Source: Chitinophagales bacterium (GTDB lineage: Bacteria > Bacteroidota > Bacteroidia > Chitinophagales > JADIYW01). Taken from it: a stretch of DNA of 64,000 bases. Below, piece by piece: positions 1-7,703 of this stretch (positions are counted from its first letter, which is position 1; every line of letters begins with the position of its first letter). A program made the position numbers and the translations under genes. Under the pieces are notes generated by a model. It was given only the letters and a program-made list of their open reading frames with translations, did not search any database and was not told the origin of the DNA. The DNA lies in contig JACJXS010000011.1 of assembly GCA_020636545.1 (NCBI GenBank), positions 1,916 to 65,915 on the forward strand. The letters are read 5' to 3'.

Positions 1-621
1 TATAAATCTATCAAATTAAAAATTGGAGCTATCGATTTTGATACAGAACTAGAATTATTACAATACATCAGAAAACAATTTTCGGTTGATGAAGTAGAAA
101 TTCGATTAGATGCAAATGGTGCATTTACTTTCCAAGAAGCTAAAGAAAAAATTAAACAGCTCTCAGATTATGGCATTAGTTATATAGAACAACCTCTCCA
201 AGCTGGACAATGGCAAGAAATGGCTGCTTTATGCAATAATTCTCCTATAAAAATAGCTTTAGATGAAGAACTCATCGGCATACAAAATACAAGTAAAAGA
301 AAAGAATTGATTGAAACGATTCAGCCACAAATTTTAATTTTAAAACATGCATTGATTGGTGGATTTTATGCTGCCGATGAATGGAAAAAATTAATTAAAA
401 ACTACGGTGGTAGTGGTACTTGGGTCATCACTTCTGCATTAGAAAGTAATATCGGATTGAATGCAATTGCACAATACACAGCTTTAGAATGCTCTAAATA
501 CGCACAAGGTTTAGGCACTGGACAATTATTTACTAATAATTGTCCAGCTCCTTATAGTATTGATGCCAATGGATTACATTACCATAAAAACCAAAAATGG
601 GATTTATCTGCACTAATATGA
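1..621 (+). CDS. menC: o-succinylbenzoate synthase (enolase superfamily), 5'-truncated by window edge
   Basis: Frame 1 is open from base 1 (YKSIKLKIGAIDFD...). Enolase-superfamily landmarks are present: KLKIG, RLDANGAF, YIEQP, ALDEE. It lies directly upstream of menE with an ATGA stop/start overlap. Confidence 0.7.
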   Translation, partial: YKSIKLKIGAIDFDTELELLQYIRKQFSVDEVEIRLDANGAFTFQEAKEKIKQLSDYGISYIEQPLQAGQWQEMAALCNNSPIKIALDEELIGIQNTSKRKELIETIQPQILILKHALIGGFYAADEWKKLIKNYGGSGTWVITSALESNIGLNAIAQYTALECSKYAQGLGTGQLFTNNCPAPYSIDANGLHYHKNQKWDLSALI

Positions 622-1682
622 ATCATTTAGAATACAAGCAATTGACAATAAATGGGCATCGCTTAGTAGATGAAGAAATTATAGAATTTTGCAAGAAAAG
701 TAATATCGAAAATATTAATAAAATTGGCGATTTTATGGTTGAATGGTTTTCTCCAAAAACAACAATAGAAGTTCAAACTAGCGGTTCTACAAGCTTACCC
801 AAAACAATTACTGTCTCCAAACAACAAATGTTGCAAAGTGCAAAAGCAACAGCCCATTTTTTTAATTTCAAAGAAAATCAAACTGCTTTATTGTGCTTAC
901 CAATGAATTACATCGCTGGTAAAATGATGTTGGTTCGTGCTTTATATAGTCAATTGAATTTAATATGTATTGAACCAAATAGCCAACCTTTAAATCATTT
1001 TATAGCCAATACTATAATAGATTTTGTACCGCTCACACCTATGCAATTAAAAGGCACAAAACAGACCTCAAATATCAAAACAATTTTATTAGGTGGTGGT
1101 CCTGTTAGTGCTGAATTAGAACAAGCTTGCCAAACTTTATCTGCTGAAATTTATCATGGTTATGGTATGACAGAAACTCTAAGTCATGTAGCATTAAGAA
1201 AAATTAATGGGTCAAAACCATCCTTGGCTTATCAAGCTCTTCCAGGTGTGCTTTGTAGCATAGACAATCGGCAGTGTTTACAATTAGAAGTTCCCTTTTT
1301 AACTGAAAAAATTTATACTAATGATATTGTCGATTTGATAAACGAAACTACTTTTATTTGGAAAGGAAGATTGGATAATATAATCAATAGTGGTGGTATA
1401 AAATTATTTCCAGAAACGATTGAAACTAAACTATCCGATTATATCAAAACTGCTTATTTTATTGCAGGTTTACCAGATGATACACTTGGAGAGAAACTTT
1501 GTCTATTGATTGAAGATGAAAAATATACTAGCGAAAAACTTCATCATTTAGAACAATATTTGGAACAATATTTAGAAAAATATGAACGACCCAAAACTAT
1601 ATTTTTCCTTCCAAAATTTATTAGAACTGAATCTGAAAAAGTTCAAAGAAGCAAAACAATAGAGCTATTGAATAGCATCTAA
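618..1682 (+). CDS. menE: O-succinylbenzoate-CoA ligase (AMP-binding enzyme)
   Basis: AMP-binding motifs TSGSTSLPK and YGMTET, ~355 aa as for short MenE proteins. I prefer the ATG at 618 (ATGA overlap with the menC stop) over the track start at 597. Confidence 0.8.
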   Translation: MNHLEYKQLTINGHRLVDEEIIEFCKKSNIENINKIGDFMVEWFSPKTTIEVQTSGSTSLPKTITVSKQQMLQSAKATAHFFNFKENQTALLCLPMNYIAGKMMLVRALYSQLNLICIEPNSQPLNHFIANTIIDFVPLTPMQLKGTKQTSNIKTILLGGGPVSAELEQACQTLSAEIYHGYGMTETLSHVALRKINGSKPSLAYQALPGVLCSIDNRQCLQLEVPFLTEKIYTNDIVDLINETTFIWKGRLDNIINSGGIKLFPETIETKLSDYIKTAYFIAGLPDDTLGEKLCLLIEDEKYTSEKLHHLEQYLEQYLEKYERPKTIFFLPKFIRTESEKVQRSKTIELLNSI

Positions 1683-2345
1683 TTTTTGTATAAACGAATC
1701 CACTGTATATGCTTCTTCAATAGAAAAATTACCAATTTTTTCTCTCCTCAAACTTGCTAAATAGGCAACATTGTTAAGCCTTTTACCAAAATCATTAGCA
1801 ATACTACGAATATAAGTACCTTTACTACATTCGATATAAAAATAGATATAAGGCAATTCTATTTTTGTAATTTTAAATTGATAAATTTGAATGACTTTAG
1901 ATTTGATTTCAGGATTTAAGCCAATTCTGGCTAGTTCATAAGCTCTAACACCATCTATCTTAACAGCAGAATGGATAGGTGGAAATTGTTGTTGTTCTCC
2001 TAAAAAACTTTCCGCAGTCTTATGAATTTCTTGTTCTGTAATATGCTCAATACTTTGAAAATTGATAGCTGGTTTTTCTGTATCGTAACTTTCTGTTTCA
2101 GCACCTAAATAAAAACTCCCGGTATAAACTTTATTTTGATTTTGAATACCTTCTATTTCTTTTGTTTTTTTTCCAGTACACACAATTAACAAACCACTTG
2201 CTCTTGGATCTAAAGTGCCTGCATGTCCAATTTTTATTTTTCCGTATTGATATTTAAGTTTAAATTTCAACTTATTTACCACATCAAAAGATGTCCAATC
2301 CAATGGCTTATCAATCAATATTATTTCTCCAGCTACAAAATCCAA
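1665..2345 (-). CDS. truB: tRNA pseudouridine(55) synthase
   Basis: IDKPLDWTSFDVV and catalytic GHAGTLDPRASGLL motifs, 226 aa. Apparent TTG start. Confidence 0.9.
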   Translation of the reverse strand: MDFVAGEIILIDKPLDWTSFDVVNKLKFKLKYQYGKIKIGHAGTLDPRASGLLIVCTGKKTKEIEGIQNQNKVYTGSFYLGAETESYDTEKPAINFQSIEHITEQEIHKTAESFLGEQQQFPPIHSAVKIDGVRAYELARIGLNPEIKSKVIQIYQFKITKIELPYIYFYIECSKGTYIRSIANDFGKRLNNVAYLASLRREKIGNFSIEEAYTVDSFIQKLDAIQ

Positions 2346-2363
2346 ATAAATAAATTTAGGTAT

Positions 2364-3494
2364 TTATGAAAAATATTTTTTTAGTACTTGGATTACCACA
2401 TCCACTTCCGATAGATGATTATATTTCGAAAAAGAAAAACGAATATTGATTCTATTGCTATTCGGTCGAATGGCATCAATCACATGCGAACCTGTTGAAG
2501 CTCCACTATTACAAGCACTACCACCACTCGCACAGATACCTTCAATATCTAAATTAAACAACAACATACTAGCGGCATCATTTTCTGGAAAAGATACATT
2601 TAAGACCGTAAATAAACTATTTTTGGAATGGCCATTAAATTGAATATCCTTAAAATTAGCTAATAGCTGTTCTTTAAAATAATCCTTAATAGATTGGATA
2701 TATTGTCTATCTTTCTCCAAATGCTGATAAGCCAACTCAGCAGCTTTGCCCAAACCAACTATGCCATAAACATTTTCAGTTCCAGCTCGATAGCCACGCT
2801 CCTGCCCACCTCCATGTAAGAAAGAAGCCACTTTACTTTTTTTCTTTTGATACAAAAAGCCAATACCTTTTGGTCCATGAAATTTATGTGCTGAAGCAGA
2901 AAGAAAATCCACCTCGACTTTCTGAACATCTATAGGAAAATGTCCAAATGCCTGCACGGTATCAGAATGAAATAAAGCCTGATGTGTTTTACAAAGTTGG
3001 CTTACTTTTTCAAAATCTAAAAGATTACCAATTTCATTATTTGCATACATCAATGATACTAAAGTTTTATCCTGATTGTCTTTTAATAAACTTTCTAAAT
3101 GTTCCAAATCCACCATACCATCGGATAATAATTGCACATACTCAATTTTTACTTGATGGAATTCCTTTAAATAATCTGCAATATGAATCACACAATGATG
3201 TTCTATTGGAGAAGTGATAATCCTTTTAACTTGATGATAAATAACTGCACCTTTTATTGCCATATTATTGGCTTCAGTACCACAAGATGTAAATACAATT
3301 TCAGAAGTTTGGGCATTTAAAATTTGTGCTATCGTTTTTCTTGCAGTCTCAATCGCAGCTCTAGTATCTCGCCCCAAACTATAAACAGATGATGGATTTC
3401 CATAATGCTCATTCAAAAAAGGCAACATTGCCTGTACAACTTCAGGTGCTATAGCAGTTGTCGCAGCATTATCAAAATAAATAGGACTTTTCAA
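2364..3494 (-). CDS. cysteine desulfurase (class V aminotransferase, NifS/IscS-like)
   Basis: PIYFDNAATT N-terminus, PLP-lysine motif SASAHKFHGPKGIG, active-site GGSACNSG loop. Apparent TTG start. Confidence 0.85.
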   Translation of the reverse strand: MKSPIYFDNAATTAIAPEVVQAMLPFLNEHYGNPSSVYSLGRDTRAAIETARKTIAQILNAQTSEIVFTSCGTEANNMAIKGAVIYHQVKRIITSPIEHHCVIHIADYLKEFHQVKIEYVQLLSDGMVDLEHLESLLKDNQDKTLVSLMYANNEIGNLLDFEKVSQLCKTHQALFHSDTVQAFGHFPIDVQKVEVDFLSASAHKFHGPKGIGFLYQKKKSKVASFLHGGGQERGYRAGTENVYGIVGLGKAAELAYQHLEKDRQYIQSIKDYFKEQLLANFKDIQFNGHSKNSLFTVLNVSFPENDAASMLLFNLDIEGICASGGSACNSGASTGSHVIDAIRPNSNRINIRFSFSKYNHLSEVDVVIQVLKKYFS

Positions 3495-3550
3495 TGATTT
3501 TTTTTACAAAGATACCAATTTGTTTTCATTTTTATAAGAGATGTGCATGT

Positions 3551-3697
3551 AGTATTAAGTAGAAAGTATTGAGTAGTGAGAGATGAGAATCAAGATTTTT
3601 AGAGCCAAGAATCAAGACTTTGTTGTTGTAGTAAGTAGTGAGTAGTGAGTAGTAAGTAGAAAGTAGCAAGAAACTAATTATTTCATTAATCACTAAC
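3551..3697. repeat. modular heptamer-repeat element, locus 1 (GAGTAGT-type heptads, CAAGAAT/CAAGACT module, TTCATTA-type heptads)
   Basis: Read directly: agtattaagtagaaagtattgagtagtgagagatgagaatcaagatttttagagccaagaatcaagactttgttgttgtagtaagtagtgagtagtgagtagtaagtag. The same modules recur at 4411, 5747, 9543 and 50297. Confidence 0.85.
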
Positions 3698-3704
3698 CCT
3701 CGCC

Positions 3705-3727
3705 TTTGTTGGTTTGCAACCAACAAA
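3705..3727. repeat. 10-bp-stem palindrome tttgttggtt-tgc-aaccaacaaa
   Basis: Perfect inverted repeat read directly. It is a near twin of the palindrome at 3815-3837. Confidence 0.8.
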
Positions 3728-3806
3728 CTTCTTATTTTTCATTGTGCAATTACTCATCTTCACTTGTTATTAAATATTAAATATTTTAATTTGATATTTA
3801 TTTTTT

Positions 3807-4088
3807 TTAATTTTGTTGTTGGTTACAAACCAACAACGGCAAAGCAATTAAAATATTTTTAGAACTTGTTGTTACGACAACATCTCCAAAGCTTTTTAAT
3901 ATTTCAATATACTCATTTTGATTAATTTCACAATGACCAAATAAATCAATATCAATAGAATTTCTATGTCCAATTTGTAAAGCCAATGCTGTTCCACCCA
4001 CTAAAAAATAATTTTCAAATAATGGCTCTCGCATTATGCTTTTTAGGAGTTCCATAAGTTTTGGAACAACTGTTTGTGTTTGTAACAT
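3807..4088 (-). pseudogene. truncated nucleotidyltransferase AbiEii/AbiGii-family toxin (N-terminal ~82 codons only)
   Basis: The first 82 aa match ORF 4816..5424 exactly. DNA homology ends at ~3844 and the frame then runs into the palindrome. The GGTALAL...DIDLF NTase motif is retained but the C-terminal ~120 aa are missing. Confidence 0.8.
3815..3837. repeat. 10-bp-stem palindrome gttgttggtt-aca-aaccaacaac at the truncation junction of the AbiEii-like fragment
   Basis: Perfect inverted repeat. It encodes the aberrant C-terminus (LPLLVCNQQQN) of the truncated ORF. Confidence 0.8.
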
Positions 4089-4348
4089 CTAAACTCTGTT
4101 TTGTTGATATTAAAAATAGTAGATAAATAGGAAAGTGTAACAGCATCTAAAATTCTTAAATTTAAAGCAACTTCCTTTATCGTTTCTAAACCATATATCT
4201 CTTTTAACAATTTCCAATCTTTCATTAAACCATGCTCTAATACCTTATGTATCAAATGAACTTTATGTTTTTGAAAATCAAAATTAGACAAATCTACATC
4301 CCAAAAAAGATGTGGTGAAAAATCATTAATAGATATTGTCTTCTTCAT
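4043..4348 (-). CDS. small partner protein of the AbiEii-like toxin (putative antitoxin, copy 1)
   Basis: Differs from 5379..5684 at 3 residues within these coordinates. It lies immediately upstream of and overlaps the toxin ORF. ATG at 4348 preferred over the TTG at 4375. Confidence 0.6.
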   Translation of the reverse strand: MKKTISINDFSPHLFWDVDLSNFDFQKHKVHLIHKVLEHGLMKDWKLLKEIYGLETIKEVALNLRILDAVTLSYLSTIFNINKTEFRCYKHKQLFQNLWNS

Positions 4349-4410
4349 ATTAACAAAGTTACCTTTTCTTTTCAAAATTGTAAAACTAATTTATCAATAA
4401 GAACATAATT

Positions 4411-4813
4411 GAGAATCAAGATTTTTAGAGCCAAGAATCAAGACTTTGTTGTTGTAGTAAGTAGTGAGTAATAAGTAGTAAGAAATTACTTCATTATTGC
4501 ATTATTTAATTATTTCATTACTTCATTAACCTTTGTGAACTCCGTGCAAAAACTTAGTGTACTTTGTGGTTAAAAAAATGAGTATTAAGTAGAAAGTATT
4601 AAGTATTGAGAACCAAGATTTATAGAGCCAAGAATCAAGACTTTGTTGTAGTAGTAAGTAGTGAGTAGTGAGTAGTAAGAAATTCATTACTTCATCATTA
4701 CATTATTTAATTATTTCATTATTTCATTAACCTTTGTGAACTCCGTGCAAAAACTTAGTGTACTTTGTGGTTAAATAAAGATGAGATTTTGAGAAATTAA
4801 TTAATTCATTAAT
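4411..4813. repeat. modular heptamer-repeat element, locus 2 (two tandem ~190-bp composite units)
   Basis: Each unit has four parts in order. First gagaaYcaagattt.tagagccaagaatcaagac, then a C-free GTAGT/GAGTAGT heptad block, then a nearly G-free TTCATTA/CTTCATT heptad block. The unit ends in cctttgtgaactccgtgcaaaaacttagtgtactttgtggttaaa. Confidence 0.9.
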
Positions 4814-4815
4814 TT

Positions 4816-5424
4816 TTACAATTTAATGACCTCATCAATGATTTTTTGTTTACACTCTCCCCAATCTAATTCTTGATACATTTTGACATCTAATTGTTCA
4901 TCAGCATCATCGAAATAAGTTAAACTTTTACAAACCAAAAACTCAGAACCATTAGCATATTTTTGATTATAATAATCTAACATTTCCCTTAATGTAAAGT
5001 AGTTCATTAAAAAATATAAGTCAATAAAATCCTTTTTAGAACCACGCCCCGCAATGGCATTAAGCTTCATCGCAGCAATATCAACTTTTGACAACATTCT
5101 TATCCCTTCTATTTCTATTGGAGTATCTAATAATGGATAATTATAATTAACAAAATCTACTTTTACTTCATTGATTTTTGCAATTAAAATATTTTTAGAA
5201 CTTGTTGTTACTACAACATCTCCAAAGCTTTTTAATATTTCAATATACTCATTTTGATTAATTTCACAATGACCAAATAAATCAATATCAATAGAATTTC
5301 TATGTCCTATTTGTAAAGCCAATGCTGTTCCACCCACTAAAAAATAATTTTCAAATAATGGCTCTCGCATTATGCTTTTTAGGAGTTCCATAAGTTTTGG
5401 AACAACTGTTTGTGTTTGTAACAT
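4816..5424 (-). CDS. nucleotidyltransferase AbiEii/AbiGii-family toxin (DUF1814-like), full length
   Basis: 202 aa with pol-beta NTase motif VGGTALALQIGHRNSIDIDLF and a C-terminal KKDFIDLYFL region typical of this family. The start may be an internal Met (5391 or 5370). Confidence 0.75.
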   Translation of the reverse strand: MLQTQTVVPKLMELLKSIMREPLFENYFLVGGTALALQIGHRNSIDIDLFGHCEINQNEYIEILKSFGDVVVTTSSKNILIAKINEVKVDFVNYNYPLLDTPIEIEGIRMLSKVDIAAMKLNAIAGRGSKKDFIDLYFLMNYFTLREMLDYYNQKYANGSEFLVCKSLTYFDDADEQLDVKMYQELDWGECKQKIIDEVIKL

Positions 5425-5684
5425 CTAAACTCTGTTTTGTTGATATTAAAAATAGTAGATAAATAGGAAAGTGTAACAGCATCTAAAGTTCTTAAATTTA
5501 AAGCAACTTCCTTTATCGTTTCTAAACCATATATCTCTTTTAACAAATTCCAATCTTTCATTAAACCATGCTCTAATACCTTATGTATCAAATGAACTTT
5601 ATGTTTTTGAAAATCAAAATTAGACAAATCTACATCCCAAAAAAGATGTGGTGAAAAATCATTAATAGATATTGTCTTATTCAT
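5379..5684 (-). CDS. small partner protein of the AbiEii-like toxin (putative antitoxin, copy 2)
   Basis: ~101 aa, upstream of and overlapping the toxin ORF in typical toxin-antitoxin gene layout. ATG at 5684 preferred over the TTG at 5711. Confidence 0.6.
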   Translation of the reverse strand: MNKTISINDFSPHLFWDVDLSNFDFQKHKVHLIHKVLEHGLMKDWNLLKEIYGLETIKEVALNLRTLDAVTLSYLSTIFNINKTEFRCYKHKQLFQNLWNS

Positions 5685-5746
5685 ACTAACAAAGTTACCT
5701 TTTCTTTTCAAAATTGTAAAACTAATTTATCAATAAGAACATAATT

Positions 5747-6212
5747 GAGAATCAAGATTTTTAGAGCCAAGAATCAAGACTTTGTTGTTGTAGTAAGTAG
5801 TGAGTAATAAGTAGTAAGAAATTACTTCATTATTGCATTATTTAATTATTTCATTACTTCATTAACCTTTGTGAACTCTGTGTAAAAACTTCGTGTGCTT
5901 TGTGGTTAAAAAAATGAGTATTAAGTAGAAAGTATTAAGTATTGAGAACCAAGATTTTTAAAGCCAAGAACCAAGACTTTGTTGTAGTAGTAAGTAGTGA
6001 GTAGTGAGTAGTAAGAAATTACTTCATTATTTAATTACTTCATTATTTCATTATAAAAATCCTGTCCATCATTTAATCATAAAAATCATAGTTCAGACAG
6101 TTTTTTGAGTAGAAAGTATTGAGTATTAAGTAGTGAGAAATTACTTCATTATTTAATTACTTCATTATTGCATTATTTCACTAACCACTAAAAACTAAAA
6201 ACTCACTAAAAA
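5747..6212. repeat. modular heptamer-repeat element, locus 3
   Basis: Same module order as locus 2, plus an ataaaaatcct...ttcagaca terminal module and an ACTAAAA heptad run (6187-6212) abutting the stop of the next gene. Confidence 0.9.
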
Positions 6213-7620
6213 CTACTGTCTTTTAATTCCTGTGCAATAAACTCTTAAATGTCGATCTAAATAGGAATCATTATATACAGATATACTTTTAATAAAAGTA
6301 CCTGCTGGGCAAACACCAAAATTTGTCAAATCATTTTCATCGGAATCTGGATGATTTAAAACACTTTCAATCCCATATCCAGTTTCAACAGTAGTATAGC
6401 CTGATGATAAAGTAGTACACTTAATTGCCAAACCATCATCCAAACGACTAGTAGCATATGCTTGCCAACCTGTTCCAATTGTTCCATCAGGACAAATCGC
6501 ATGATAGTGTTTATTATCTGTGAAATTATAGCGTGGTGCAACATTAGTAGCAGTTGTTCCTGTCCCCTTTGAAGTAGTAACTTGTGTAGCACCAATATCG
6601 TAAGAAGTAGGTCTGTACCACGTAGTGGTAGCAGATAGTAAATTAGATATATCAACGCCTTGAATTTTCATATCACCATCCATGGAGCCAGTTGCGTAAA
6701 CGGAAACCGTAGTAGCGCCATATCCAGCTTCTAATTCAATACTATGCCATGTATTATCACTTGAAGTACTTGGTCCTCTTTTAAAATCTAATTTTCCTGT
6801 TACTAAACCTTGTGTAGCAATAAAATTATGATTTGAAATTGTATTTCCAGATCCAGTTGTGTTTAATACTAAATCTGCATTAGTGTTTTCATTACTTACA
6901 GAAAAGTCATCACTTGACCCGCTGCCAAAACCTGTCCATGCCTTTCTTCCTGCTGCATAGCCTTTAGGATACCATTGTATGTAAGTATGGTCTGTACCTT
7001 CTAAGTTCAAAAGCCCTGCATTGCTTTTTATTAAAGTATTTCCATTAACTTCTAATTTTTGTGTAGGTGCTGTTGTTCCTATCCCTACTCTATCATTATC
7101 TCCATCAACAGAAAAAGTAGTGCCATCAACATTAAACATATTAACACCAGTTCCTGTAAAACTCATTTTATTGGTATTAGTTAAAGCAGAAACAGTTGTT
7201 GGACGCACTAAAGGTCCGCCTAATTCTATGATAAGGGTCAGAAGCACTTGCATTGGGACCTGTAATTGAAATATTTGCACCATTTTGTGCTTTTACAGAG
7301 TTTACCATTCTCACCCATTTTGTACCATCCCAATAATAATAACCAGGCGATACATTATTTGGTGCAGTACCAGCAGTGGCAGTATTATAAACCAATAATG
7401 AGGTTGCAGGAGAGACTACAGGAGCGGCAGAATTTGTGGCAGTAAGTGCTACATTCGGTATTAACAATCCCTTTTTATCTGCTGCAGGATCACTTGCAGT
7501 ACTGATTTCTAATTTTGCCGAATTATCAGGTGAATTTGTGCCAATTCCTACATTGCCTTGTGCTATTGAATTAGTAAAAAAAATAAATAGCATTACTGTA
7601 AAAGCGTAAATCTTTTTCAT
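6213..7620 (-). pseudogene. secreted VGIGT-motif protein split by a frameshift near 7240 (or a sequencing error)
   Basis: ORF 7177..7620 carries the signal peptide and the NVGIGTNSPDNSAKLEI motif. ORF 6213..7283 continues in another frame with RVGIGTTAPTQKLEV. The two overlap by 107 nt and read-through works with a 1-nt indel around gacccttatc. Confidence 0.55.
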
Positions 7621-7703
7621 ATTATTTTCATTTTAAGTTTATTGTTTTAATTTATGGTATATCTATTAAATAATAAATGCCTTAAAGTAGGTCATCTAAT
7701 TAA

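Noticed and set aside
3532-3726. 64-aa - strand ORF
   Set aside because: It lies wholly within heptamer-repeat element sequence. It is open only because the C-free block has no stops on its complement, and its sequence is low-complexity (YY, LL, TT runs).
4411-6212. Possible CRISPR array, suggested by regularly recurring short repeats
   Set aside because: The repeats are degenerate 7-nt units and ~190-bp composite modules. They are not 25-40-bp identical repeats separated by unique spacers, and no cas genes are present in the window.
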